Shown here in pieces: positions 9,349 through 18,892 of a stretch of 64,000 nucleotides of DNA. The position numbers and the translations under genes were made by a program. Source of the stretch: Planctomycetota bacterium. Lineage in GTDB: Bacteria; Planctomycetota; PLA2; JAEUHO01. The notes below the pieces were generated by a model. That model made no database searches. It was not told where the DNA came from and saw only the letters and a list, made by a program, of their open reading frames with translations. The stretch is from contig CBDCWP010000013.1 of the NCBI GenBank assembly GCA_965223505.1, positions 203,261 through 267,260 on the forward strand. Reading direction: 5' to 3'. How positions within the stretch are numbered: position 1 is the first letter of the stretch; every line of letters starts with the position of its first letter.

Positions 9349-11000
9349 CTATCGGGCGCCTGGCCCGACATCTCGCTTGCGAATTTTAAACGCCTCAGCC
9401 AACCCCTGCAGCACGGCGGCGTCGCGGTCGTAGATGTCCGGGATAAAGGAGACCACGCCATCGCCATCCACCTGCGCCGTCCAATAGAGGATCAGAACTG
9501 GCAAAGGCTGTGGCAAAAACACAGTCTGCGTCTTCCCACTCGCGACGGTCTTCTGAATCGCGGCGGCGCTCCACGCCGCCTCGTCGTTAAGTAAGAATTC
9601 CGCGAATTTGAGTGGGATGCTGCACGCGGATGCAGCCGTGGCTAAAATTGCGCCGGGTTCTGCTAAACAACTCTCGACTCGGCGTATCGTGCAAAAACAC
9701 CGAGTGGGGATTCGGGAAGATAAATTTCACCTGACCCAAGGCATTGTTGGCGCCTGGCCGCTGGCGCAGAATATACGGGAAGTTGTTCCGGTTGTATTGC
9801 GCCCAGTTGAGCTGGCTCTGATCCATGACGTTGCCGGCGCGGTCGATGACATCGATCGATTGCGCCTGCAAATAGGTCCGGATCGCGTTTGACCTTGGGC
9901 AGCATCTCCTTGACCGTAATACTGCGTGGCGACGTCCAGGTTGGGTTAAAGACCAAGTAGGTCATATTGGCTTTAAAAACGGGCGTCTTATGGAAATTCG
10001 ACCCCACCACCGCCAGGGTCTCCCAGACTAGCGCGCCGTGCCGAATCAGATAGACTTTGAAGTCGGCAATGTTCACCACGACATACGTTTCCGGGAGCCC
10101 GTGCAAGACCCAACGGGTCCTTTCCAGATTGACCCGAAGTTGATCGATGCGCTGCGCCACGGGGGTATTCAGGGCGGCGAACGTGTCCGGGCCAACCACG
10201 CCGTCCACCTCTAGACGATGGCGCTGCTGGAAACGCTTGACGGCCGCTTCCAAGGCGTCGTCAAACACCGTCGAGGACGTCTCCATCCCGGCTGGCAGAT
10301 CGCCGGTGACGGCCAAACGTTGGCGCAGCAGCGCCGCGCGGTCGTCTGTCATCCCACGTTTCAAGGTTTCCCCCAAGGGAATGGGCCGCCAGCCGCCCTG
10401 GCTCTGAATGCCGCGATAGGCAGCCAAAACGTCCTTCAGGCGCGGGTAGTAATGATGCTGCGGCTTGAGCTTTTCGATGCCCTGATACACGCTTCCGGCA
10501 TCGAGCATCGCTTGCAACATGGCGGCCGGGTCGAGACGATTGATGTCATAGCTTAAATTCCAGTTGCTATCGAGCCGTTCCGGGTCGACTTTGCCAACCA
10601 GGAGATGATAGCCGAGCCGGATGATCGCATCGGTCTGCAACAAATCAAGGTCAGCAGTGTGTTGTCCATCCGGATTGGATTCGGCGCGCATGCGGTTGAG
10701 CGCAGCCAAGTGATAGTCCTCGGGATCAAGCCCATCCTGCTCACTCTGACGAATAGCGCGAAGCAGCTCGTCCACTGCAGTGGCGCTCCAGGCTGGCCTA
10801 AACTGGCGCTGCTCGTAAAAGGCAGGCAGGACGCGCTTCGAGGCAATTCGGGCGTTGCCAACGGTCAGCTCGCCAAATCGCCGGAGAGATTCGATCTGAA
10901 TTCGAATGCGATGTTGGGGCCTCTGGGTTTGCGCCCATGCCAGGCCCATGCTCAACACCAAGCCCAGCAGGCATAGCGCTAGGCGCTGCATGCCGTTCAT
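9349..11000 (-). pseudogene. L,D-transpeptidase YcbB/LdtD-like, split by two +1 frameshifts (probably sequencing errors)
   Basis: Signal peptide, PG-binding AVKRFQQRHRLEVDGVVGPDT, then YkuD motif LHDTP...SHGCIRV in a second frame and VLILYWTA...DIYDRD in a third, ending at TAG 9349; an extra C at ~9878 and ~9614. Confidence 0.85.
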
Positions 11001-11100
11001 GCCATCCTCCTGAGCGAGCGAATCGCTCGTTTGCCAGGTCCGCGTGTTGCCAACTTCCCGCTGTTCACGGCGCTTTCGTGATGTATTGGCGGTGAGGTTA

Positions 11101-12072
11101 CTAAGGCGTCTTGGAAACCGATTGGTCGGGAAGCTCTAGGCCCACGCCGAGCAAGTGGCCAAACCACTCGGCGAGCTTTTGGCGATCCGCTTCGGGCAAC
11201 GGCGGCTTGAGCAGCGAGGCGATATTGGCGCGCAGGTGCTCGGGATTGCTAGTGCCAAAGAGCGTCACGTGCACCCCAGGCTCGTGGCGCGCGAAGCGAT
11301 AAGCGGCGTCGGTCAGGCTGCTGGCGCCGCTGGCGTGAATGAGAAAGCCGAGCGGATCGTCGCTGTCGGCCAGCCACTGCGGCACGTCGCCGGCGGCGGC
11401 CAACTCTTTCATCTTGGCTTTGAGGCGCTCAGGTTGGCTGAAAATGTTGCGCACCACGAACATCAACACCACGCCGATGCCGTTGGCGATGGTGTGGGGA
11501 AACACCTTGGCGCGGGCGTTTTGGTGCATCATGTTAAAACCCAGCATCACCGTCTCCCAGACGCCGTCGTGCACGGCCCGCTGCAACATGTGCTGCTCGT
11601 GGTCATTGGGCGACGTTTCCGTGATGCCCAAGTGGCGAAATTTGCCCTTTTCCTTTTCGCGTAGCAGCACCGGCGCCACCTCGTATAACGCATGGTCGTA
11701 GAACGCGGGCGGCACGATATGCAATTGAAACACGTCGATGTAATCCGTGTCGAGCTGGCGCAGGGAGCGCTCCAGGCTCTCCACCACCTGAGCCGCCGGA
11801 ATCGGCTCGCCGCCGCGGTGAATGAGGGCTTTAGTGGCAATCACCACGCGGTCGCGCGGCGCAGCTTTCACCGCCTCGCCAACCAGCGCCTCGGTGCCGT
11901 AGGCCGATGCGGTGTCGAAATAATTGAGACCCAGGTCCATCGCTTCATGCAGCAGGGCGAGCGATTCCGCATGCGTCTTGCCGTGTCCGATGCCGACGCG
12001 GCTGTTGCCGCCGCATCCATAACCGGCGACGCTCACGCGCAACCCGGTTCGCCCCAGCGTCACGTACTCCAT
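11101..12072 (-). CDS. Aldo/keto reductase
   Basis: LGRTGLRVS, YFDTASAYGTE, SLRQLDTDYIDVFQLH. Confidence 0.92.
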   Translation of the reverse strand: MEYVTLGRTGLRVSVAGYGCGGNSRVGIGHGKTHAESLALLHEAMDLGLNYFDTASAYGTEALVGEAVKAAPRDRVVIATKALIHRGGEPIPAAQVVESLERSLRQLDTDYIDVFQLHIVPPAFYDHALYEVAPVLLREKEKGKFRHLGITETSPNDHEQHMLQRAVHDGVWETVMLGFNMMHQNARAKVFPHTIANGIGVVLMFVVRNIFSQPERLKAKMKELAAAGDVPQWLADSDDPLGFLIHASGASSLTDAAYRFARHEPGVHVTLFGTSNPEHLRANIASLLKPPLPEADRQKLAEWFGHLLGVGLELPDQSVSKTP

Positions 12073-12105
12073 GCCATCGTCCTTCTATCCGGTTGTCTGT
12101 CGCGC

Positions 12106-12939
12106 TTAATTCGCTTCCCAGAGCGCCGCGGCATAGGGCACGCGCCGGCCCCACCACTCCGGCCCTTCTTGCACGTAGCGCCACTCGGGGTTCTGCTCTA
12201 CATCCCGCAGCGCCGCCATCACCGAGCGAAAAATGTCGGCATGGGCTTCGGCAAACTCGAAATATGGCGTAAAATCGTAGCTGTCCTGGCGCCCATACCC
12301 CCCCGGCGCATGCACATTGCGCCTGACGATATACGGCACGCCGCCGGCGCTGGCCAGCGCATGGCCTTTGGCGACCATGTTGTCCTGCGCATCGTAGCGG
12401 GGCAAAAAATAACTCTCCCGACGCATCCAGTCCATCGCCCACCAGGCCGCCGTCTTGTTCTGGGGCGTCACCACACCCAGCGGACAGACCGAGGCGGGCT
12501 GCGGCGCGAGGGCGGGGGCATAGGCAAACTGCGTCATCGCATGGCTGGTGTAGCTGCGGGGCCGCTGCTCGCCGGGCAGCGTCTCCACCGCGCCGCCGCG
12601 CGCTTCAATGAGCTGTTGCAGGTCTTTGATGTAGCGCAAAATCGGATCGAGGGCAGCGCATTCGAGCCGAATCAAGGCGCTCGCCTGCGACACGCCGGGG
12701 TGGGGGAGGTCGCGTTCCGAACTGAATTCCGGCGCGGCGCGCAGCAACTGAAAGCGGCCTCGTTCAAAGGCGCTGGGCGAGGCGTGCCCCGTTGTTTCAT
12801 GCATGTTTTCCATGCCGGCGCCGAGCGCATCGAGCCCTTGCGCGAGGGACGCATCGGCCTCGCTAGGCGCTAAAGAGACAAACACCGAATACTGATACCC
12901 GGTGACGTCGGTCGAAAGATTGAGATCAGCCGGTTGCAT
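12106..12939 (-). CDS. Chlorite-dismutase-family (heme-binding alpha/beta barrel) protein
   Basis: KTAAWWAMDWMRRE, GH, YDFTPYFEF, ALRD..PEWRYV resemble the Cld-family C-terminal domain; ATG 12939 behind AGGAG. Confidence 0.6.
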   Translation of the reverse strand: MQPADLNLSTDVTGYQYSVFVSLAPSEADASLAQGLDALGAGMENMHETTGHASPSAFERGRFQLLRAAPEFSSERDLPHPGVSQASALIRLECAALDPILRYIKDLQQLIEARGGAVETLPGEQRPRSYTSHAMTQFAYAPALAPQPASVCPLGVVTPQNKTAAWWAMDWMRRESYFLPRYDAQDNMVAKGHALASAGGVPYIVRRNVHAPGGYGRQDSYDFTPYFEFAEAHADIFRSVMAALRDVEQNPEWRYVQEGPEWWGRRVPYAAALWEAN

Positions 12940-12995
12940 CGTCAACTCCTAATTAACTTGCCCAAAGTTAGCCCAAGTGCAGCTAACCAAGCCTG

Positions 12996-13301
12996 TCATT
13001 CGATAATTTCCACGCTTGCCACTCGCTTGGCGCCCTCGTATAAATCAAATGCGCAACCCGGTTGCAATCGGTCTGCGGGAGCCGTATCCATCAGAAACTG
13101 AGCCCGCGCAATGGAGGGATTGCCTTGCTTTGCCGGAGGTTCTTCAAATTCCAAAACGATACTCCACGCCTCTTCCGACCACCGCTCGGCGTCCTCTTTG
13201 AAGCATGAGACCGTGGCGTATCGTTTGCCAGCGGGCAAAGTCATGCGACCGCCTTTTTCGGGCGGCACCCAATGTATCTTGGCGCGTACGGATTTCTTCA
13301 T
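12996..13301 (-). CDS. Stand-alone EF-Tu domain III-like protein; putative antitoxin/immunity
   Basis: AKIHWVPPEKGGRMTL and LQPGCAFDLYEGAKRVASVEI parallel EF-Tu EVYILSKDEGGRHTP and DGLRFAIREGGRTVGAGVV; ATGA-coupled to the upstream gene. Confidence 0.65.
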   Translation of the reverse strand: MKKSVRAKIHWVPPEKGGRMTLPAGKRYATVSCFKEDAERWSEEAWSIVLEFEEPPAKQGNPSIARAQFLMDTAPADRLQPGCAFDLYEGAKRVASVEIIE

Positions 13302-13603
13302 CGTTCATACTGCCTAATCGTTGCGGTCTCTAATTGCGACAAATTGGCGTATCGAGCCGGGCTAATACCATCAAGCCGCATCCAACGTATCAGTTCGTCA
13401 GCGACAGCAGCCGTCAGTTCAACCTCGATAATGCGATATTGCCCTGCGCCTTCCAATGCCTCTCCCCATGCCTTGGCGTGCTCGGGATGTTCCGCGAAAA
13501 ACTTGCCCTCTAGAGCATAAGGGGCCATCGCAAATTTGCCCGTTCTCAAAATTTGTTGAAATTCCGCTTCGCTGACCGCTCGGTAGAGCGTCACCATCTC
13601 CAT
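13298..13603 (-). CDS. Putative ADP-ribosyltransferase-fold toxin (Rhs C-terminal-like)
   Basis: TLYRAVSEAEFQQILRTG (beta1 Arg plus helix), GKFFA, YRIIEVEL; extended -10 TGGTATAGT at 13655-13663. Confidence 0.55.
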   Translation of the reverse strand: MEMVTLYRAVSEAEFQQILRTGKFAMAPYALEGKFFAEHPEHAKAWGEALEGAGQYRIIEVELTAAVADELIRWMRLDGISPARYANLSQLETATIRQYER

Positions 13604-13786
13604 GCAAACGCCGCCATTCGTTACACGCGTCCTGACCATGCCCCAACCATTTCTACTATACCATAATCCGCCCTCGTCAACCGAGGCGCATCAGGAGTGG
13701 ACAACGGCGTCAAACAGTGCGACACTAAGCGCCGTATCACCCAATGGACGCCGAATCGACAACCCCAAACCCCGTAGGAGAGGCTC

Positions 13787-14701
13787 ATGAAGCTCGTATT
13801 TTTCGATGATTTCAAGCTCGGCGTGCTCAACGGCGATCAAGTCGTTGACATTTCCAGCGTCGTGCAAGACGTCCCGCATACCGAGCCCGGCAATTTGATC
13901 AGCGGGCTCATCGCCCAATTCGACAACTACCGCGGCCGCATCGAGAGCGCCGCGCAGGGGCAGGGCAAGCCGCTGAGCGAAGTCCGCCTGCGCTCGCCTT
14001 TGCCCAAGCCCAATAACATCGTGTGCATGGCGGTCAACTACATGGAAGACGGCACGCGGGACGCGCCGGCCCCCATCAATGCGTTTCAAAAATCGCCCAA
14101 TTGCGTCATTGGCAACGGCGACACCATGGTGCTGCCCGACATGCCGGCCACCATTTTCGAGGGCGAAGCGGAACTGGCCCTGGTCATTGGCAAGTACGCC
14201 GCCAACGTCAGCGAAGCCGATGCGATGAGCTACATCTTCGGTTACCTCAACTTCATCGATGGCTCGGCGCGCGGCGTGCCGGCGTTCTACCAGATGAAGT
14301 CGCGCGACACCTTCGCCCCCATGGGGCCGTATCTGGTCACCGCCGACGAGATCGCCGACCCGCAAAAGCTGCAGGTGAAACTCTGGGTCAATGGCGAGAT
14401 GAAGCAGAATTACAACACCGACGACATGGCCCACAAGATTCCGCGGACGATTTCGTGGATCAGCTCCATTCATCCCCTGGAGCCGGGCGACGTGATCGCC
14501 ACGGGCACCAACCACCGGGGTCTCAGCGCCTTCATGGACGGCGATCGCATCGAGCTGGAAACGGAAGGATTGGGTCGCCTGAGCATTTACGTTAAAGACG
14601 ACTTGAAACGCAAGTGGTCGCGCGAGACGCGCCTGGATCGGCAGGAAAAGGGTCTGGACGGCACCACGCCGCAGATCGAGGGCAAGTACAAACCCGCCTA
14701 G
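13787..14701 (+). CDS. Fumarylacetoacetate hydrolase family protein
   Basis: IVCMAVNY, FEGEAELALVIG, KSRDTFAPMGP, LEPGDVIATGT. Confidence 0.92.
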   Translation: MKLVFFDDFKLGVLNGDQVVDISSVVQDVPHTEPGNLISGLIAQFDNYRGRIESAAQGQGKPLSEVRLRSPLPKPNNIVCMAVNYMEDGTRDAPAPINAFQKSPNCVIGNGDTMVLPDMPATIFEGEAELALVIGKYAANVSEADAMSYIFGYLNFIDGSARGVPAFYQMKSRDTFAPMGPYLVTADEIADPQKLQVKLWVNGEMKQNYNTDDMAHKIPRTISWISSIHPLEPGDVIATGTNHRGLSAFMDGDRIELETEGLGRLSIYVKDDLKRKWSRETRLDRQEKGLDGTTPQIEGKYKPA

Positions 14702-14713
14702 CGTAGACAGCCG

Positions 14714-14749
14714 CCGCCCGTCGTGCTCAGCGCTGAACACGACGGGCGG
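14714..14749. terminator. Hairpin between convergent FAH and srkA genes
   Basis: CCGCCCGTCGTGCTCAG / CTGAACACGACGGGCGG near-perfect inverted repeat. Confidence 0.55.
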
Positions 14750-14754
14750 ATGGC

Positions 14755-15756
14755 TCATCCATACAGCCCTAACACCTCACTCTGCTCCCTGAGATCCTGA
14801 ATTTGCTGCGCCCAGTACTGCTCCGTGCCAAAGGCCGGAAAGGCGCGGGAAAAGGCGGGGTCGTCGCGGTGGCTGAGCAGCCAGGCCGAGTAGCGAATCA
14901 TGCGCAGCGTGCGCAAGGGCTCGATGAGGCGCAGGCTGTCGTGATCGAGCAGGCCGAGAATGTCGTAGGAATTGATCAGCACATCGAAGCGGCGCCGCGA
15001 TTCGTCGTCGCGTCCCGGCACGCTCATCCACAGATCCTGCACGATGGGCCCGGTGCCCATGTCATCGAAATCGATAAACGTCGGCTCGTCGCCCCGCCAA
15101 ATCAGGTTGCCCAGATGCGCATCGCCGTGCAATCGTTGCACGCTGACGGCCCCAAAGCGCGGCTCAATGGCGTCGAGAATCTGGGTGACGATCGCCTCAT
15201 AACCCAGCCGCAGGTTGTCGGGCAAGGTGTCGCTATCGAGAATCGCCCGCAGGCTTTGGCGGCCCATGGTCTCGACATCGAAATGGGACCGGTGTTGGAA
15301 CGAATGGCTGCGGCCGACGTTGTGAATCCGCGCCAGCAAATGCGCCAGGGGGCGCAGGGCGTTGTCATCGAGTTCATCGCGCGCCCGGCCCACGATTCTG
15401 GGGAAAATGGCGAAGGGAATGCCCGTGGCCTCGTTGCGCTGCAGGGTCTGGCCATCGGCGAGCGGCTCAGGCGCGGCCACGGCGAGTTCTTCCGCGGCAA
15501 GTTCCAGGAGAAAATTGTGCTCTTCAAGAATGGCGGCCTCGGACCAACGGCCCGGACGGTAGAACTTCGCGATGCGGCGGCCGATGTCGCCCGAGGCCTC
15601 TTCAACTTCCACATCATAGACGCGATTTTCGTAGCTGTTCAGGGCGTGACACGTCCCGGTGCAGGCGAGACCCGAGGTCTCCACCGCCGCCAGAATACGT
15701 TCGGGGGTGAGGTCGAAAAAGGAATGTGAACTGCCGGGCGGTGCGTCGTTTTTCAC
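14755..15756 (-). CDS. srkA: Stress-response Ser/Thr kinase SrkA (RdoA/YihE)
   Basis: LNSYENRVY, KFYRPGRWS, LHGDAHLGN, IDFDD, QDLWM; GTG start 15756 behind AAGGAG. Confidence 0.92.
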   Translation of the reverse strand: MKNDAPPGSSHSFFDLTPERILAAVETSGLACTGTCHALNSYENRVYDVEVEEASGDIGRRIAKFYRPGRWSEAAILEEHNFLLELAAEELAVAAPEPLADGQTLQRNEATGIPFAIFPRIVGRARDELDDNALRPLAHLLARIHNVGRSHSFQHRSHFDVETMGRQSLRAILDSDTLPDNLRLGYEAIVTQILDAIEPRFGAVSVQRLHGDAHLGNLIWRGDEPTFIDFDDMGTGPIVQDLWMSVPGRDDESRRRFDVLINSYDILGLLDHDSLRLIEPLRTLRMIRYSAWLLSHRDDPAFSRAFPAFGTEQYWAQQIQDLREQSEVLGLYG

Positions 15757-15850
15757 GCCATCTCCTTTGCTGCGCGGTCTTGGGCCGTCAGGCGAGCCTG
15801 GGGGGCTCAGGCCGGCTTCCTGGCAACAGCCTACTCGGTCAAGGCGAATC

Positions 15851-15879
15851 TTGCAAGGGCGCGGCCCCTGTGCTTTAAT
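15851..15879 (+). promoter_or_regulatory. sigma70-type promoter of glyQS
   Basis: TTGCAA-17 nt-TTTAAT, with TG extended -10. Confidence 0.5.
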
Positions 15880-15934
15880 CACACAAGCGCCGTGCGCCTT
15901 ATTCATCAGGGACCAGGGACGAGGGGACATACGC

Positions 15935-17674
15935 ATGTCGAAGTCGATGGAGCAAATCGTCGCGCTGTGCAAACGCCGCGGCTTTATTTTCCAAAGTTCG
16001 GAGATCTACGGCGGCATCCAGGGGTTTTGGGACTACGGTCCGCTGGGGACGGAACTCAAGCGCAACGTGCGCGACGCCTGGTACCACGACATGGTGACCA
16101 TGCACGACGACATCACCGCGCCGCCGGGCGCGCCGCGGCCCTTTTCCATGGTGGGGCTGGAAACCTCGGTCATCATGCACCCGCAAGTCTGGAAGTCCAG
16201 CGGCCACTACGATCTCTTTTCCGACCAGATGCAATCGTGCCTGCAGTGCCGCAAGCTGTTTCGCGCCGATCACGTGTGGGATATGTTACGAGAGTCCCCT
16301 TGGGTGGAGTCCTTGGGCGAGCTGTTCCACGCCAACGGCAGCGGCAATGACGGGCTCGAACTCACCGAGGCGCCTGTCGCCTTTTCCGCTAACGACGCCC
16401 TGCAATGGGCCAAAAACCGCCGGCAAGGGCGGCGCCTAGCGCCCGGCTTGGCCCTGGTGCGCAACCCCGAGGCGACCCTGGCTGGCCTCGCCGCCGATCT
16501 CGAAGCCGCCACCGACGCGCCGCTTTCTCTGTCCACCCTGCTCATGTACATGGCCACCGAGCAAAAAGCCGCCACCGGCCTGCGTATGCCCTGTCCCGAA
16601 TGCGGCGGCGATCTCACCGAGCCGCGTCACTTTAATTTGATGTTCGAGACGCATACCGGCGCGTTGCAAACCGACGACAACAAAGCGTTTTTGCGCCCGG
16701 AAACGGCGCAGGGTATGTTCGTCAACTTCAAAAACGTGCTCGACAGCACGCGCGTGCGCTTTCCCTTCGGCATCGCGCAGATCGGCAAAAGCTTCCGCAA
16801 CGAGATCACGCCTCGCAACTTCACTTTTCGCTCGCGCGAGTTCGAGCAGATGGAGATGGAGTTCTTCTGCCACCCGAGCGAATCGCTCGATTGGTACCGC
16901 TACTGGCGCGACCGCCGCTATAAGTGGTACACCGACTTGGGCATCGCCTCGGACAACCTCATCTTGCGCGATCACGAGGCGGCGGAATTGGCGCACTACT
17001 CGGTGGGCACCGCTGATGTCGAATACGCCTTTCCCTTCATGCAGCCCGGCGAGTACGGCGAACTCGAAGGCATTGCGCACCGCGGCGATTTCGATTTGCG
17101 CTCGCACGCCGAGGGCAAGCTCACCAAAGACGAACACGGCGAGTTGGTCATTGAGCAAAACGAACACGGCCAGCCCAAATATCGCGGAAGCGGTAAGGAC
17201 TTGACGTACTTTGACGACCAGACGCGCGAGCGCTTTTTGCCGCACGTCATCGAACCTGCGGCCGGCGCGGACCGCGCCATGTTAGCGTTTATTTGCGAAG
17301 CCTACAATGAAGACGAGCAGCCCGACGACAAAGGCGCGATGCAAACGCGCACGTATATGAAGCTCCATCCCAAGCTCGCGCCGGTCAAGGCGGCCGTCTT
17401 TCCCTTGGTGCGCAAAGAGGGCATGCCGGAACGGGCCGCCGAGCTCTATCGCGGCCTCAAGGCTGCGGGCATCGCGGCGTTTTACGACCAGCAGGGAGCT
17501 ATTGGCCGTCGCTATCGCCGCCAGGACGAGGCGGGCACGCCGTGGTGCATCACCATCGATGGCGACACGCTAGCTGATGGCACGGTGACGATTCGCGACC
17601 GCGACAGCCTGGCGCAAGACCGGGTGGCTTTTGACGATGTGGTGGGCGAATTGCAGCGGCGCTTGCGGGGCTGA
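15935..17674 (+). CDS. glyQS: Glycine--tRNA ligase, alpha2 homodimeric type
   Basis: LCKRRGFIFQSSEIYGG, LRPETAQG, FRNEITPRNFTFRSREFEQME, ELEGIAHRGDFDL, IGRRYRRQDEAGTP. Confidence 0.97.
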   Translation: MSKSMEQIVALCKRRGFIFQSSEIYGGIQGFWDYGPLGTELKRNVRDAWYHDMVTMHDDITAPPGAPRPFSMVGLETSVIMHPQVWKSSGHYDLFSDQMQSCLQCRKLFRADHVWDMLRESPWVESLGELFHANGSGNDGLELTEAPVAFSANDALQWAKNRRQGRRLAPGLALVRNPEATLAGLAADLEAATDAPLSLSTLLMYMATEQKAATGLRMPCPECGGDLTEPRHFNLMFETHTGALQTDDNKAFLRPETAQGMFVNFKNVLDSTRVRFPFGIAQIGKSFRNEITPRNFTFRSREFEQMEMEFFCHPSESLDWYRYWRDRRYKWYTDLGIASDNLILRDHEAAELAHYSVGTADVEYAFPFMQPGEYGELEGIAHRGDFDLRSHAEGKLTKDEHGELVIEQNEHGQPKYRGSGKDLTYFDDQTRERFLPHVIEPAAGADRAMLAFICEAYNEDEQPDDKGAMQTRTYMKLHPKLAPVKAAVFPLVRKEGMPERAAELYRGLKAAGIAAFYDQQGAIGRRYRRQDEAGTPWCITIDGDTLADGTVTIRDRDSLAQDRVAFDDVVGELQRRLRG

Positions 17675-17686
17675 ACCCAAACGAAA

Positions 17687-18070
17687 CTATGACGGGGACT
17701 CTGACCATTCCTGCTGAGGGCCGTTGAGCACCATGCTCACATGGTTGAGAATATCTCGTCCTAATATGCCTCGTTCTGTGTCAATTAAGAGGTAGCGGCC
17801 TCGGAAAACGCGCCTCAAAAAGATCATGTCTAGGATCACGATCGATGCTGTGCTCCGAGTGCCGTCGAAGCCCATCAGTTCGTATCCCTGGTCCCTGAGT
17901 GGAGAAACGCCAAGCTGTTCCACTATGGCTCTAGGGAGTAGCGTCACATCCGAACCGGTATCCAGCAGCAACGCGACATTGGAGACCGTTTTGCTAGTCT
18001 GCGGGTCGCGTAGCGTGACATGAGCAACTGGCGCTGGCGGGTCAAAGCGAGAAGCATCATAACTGGGCAT
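17687..18070 (-). CDS. Retropepsin-like (clan AA) aspartyl protease
   Basis: PPAPV, LLDTGSDVT, ILGRDILN; start ATG 18070. Confidence 0.82.
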   Translation of the reverse strand: MPSYDASRFDPPAPVAHVTLRDPQTSKTVSNVALLLDTGSDVTLLPRAIVEQLGVSPLRDQGYELMGFDGTRSTASIVILDMIFLRRVFRGRYLLIDTERGILGRDILNHVSMVLNGPQQEWSESPS

Positions 18071-18272
18071 CAGGAGCCGCTTCAATGATCTCCTTGACAA
18101 AATCAGCAGCCTGCTCCGGGTACACCAAGTGTGGACTATAGATAACAGCTGGCGACGCCATTTCAACATCGGGAATCACAACGTAGACCCTGGCGTTTTC
18201 GGGCAGCTTGATGTTATTGGCAAGTCGAATCTGGCCATTTTCGACAACGCCCTCGTACGTTGCGATTGTCAT
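18057..18272 (-). CDS. DUF104/AF2212-like small putative antitoxin
   Basis: MTIATYEGVVENGQIRLANNIKLPENARVYVVI; overlaps the protease start. Confidence 0.7.
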   Translation of the reverse strand: MTIATYEGVVENGQIRLANNIKLPENARVYVVIPDVEMASPAVIYSPHLVYPEQAADFVKEIIEAAPDAQL

Positions 18273-18331
18273 TTTGCATCTCCCGATTTCAATCATGGTG
18301 CGTGGTTTATCTCAAGCGCGACAAAACCTCA

Positions 18332-18360
18332 ATACTGCGCAAATTTTGTTTGCGCAGTAT
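18332..18360. promoter_or_regulatory. 12-bp inverted repeat (operator or terminator)
   Basis: ATACTGCGCAAA-TTTTG-TTTGCGCAGTAT between the MaoC stop and the DUF104 start. Confidence 0.5.
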
Positions 18361-18408
18361 ATCAGAGGATGATGGTCGCATGAACAACATATCATACTCA
18401 ATCCGCCC

Positions 18409-18846
18409 TCATGTCCGCTTGAGAAAAATCTCATCGCAGTGATACCCCGCCACCTCCTGATCGTGCTGGTTGCGAATCGAAAAATTCATGTGGACATAGC
18501 CGCGCTCCGGGCGCGTTTTGGATTCGCGCTTGTTCGTAATGGTAATCTCACAGCGCAACGTGTCGCCTGGGCGCACCGGGCGGCTCCAGTGCGCGTCTTC
18601 AAGTCCCCCGGCCCCCTGACCGCCGCCCTGAAACAGCCCGAGCCGAACCACGGCTCCAAACGCCGCCGAGTAGACGTGCCAGCCGCTGGCGATAAGGCCG
18701 CCGTAGATCGATTCTTTGGCTGCGGCTTCGTCCACGTGAAAGGGTTGCGGGTCATAGGTTTGAGCGAAGGCGATGATTTGCTCGGCGCTAAAGCTAAATG
18801 GCTCGGTCGTATAGCTCTGACCGGCTTCAAAGTCTTCGTAGAACAT
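18409..18846 (-). CDS. MaoC-family dehydratase
   Basis: YEDFEAG, FAQTYDPQPFHVD, GLIASGWH, PVRPGDTL. Confidence 0.92.
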   Translation of the reverse strand: MFYEDFEAGQSYTTEPFSFSAEQIIAFAQTYDPQPFHVDEAAAKESIYGGLIASGWHVYSAAFGAVVRLGLFQGGGQGAGGLEDAHWSRPVRPGDTLRCEITITNKRESKTRPERGYVHMNFSIRNQHDQEVAGYHCDEIFLKRT

Positions 18847-18892
18847 CGCTTGCCTTTCGCGTGTTGATGGCGCCAGCGGTGCAGCGGATCAA

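Noticed and set aside
9587..9880. Programmed ribosomal frameshifting in the L,D-transpeptidase
   Set aside because: No slippery heptamer; two independent extra C bases fit sequencing error better.
15757..15934. T-box or glycine riboswitch upstream of glyQS
   Set aside because: No T-box consensus, and the predicted leader of about 50 nt is too short.
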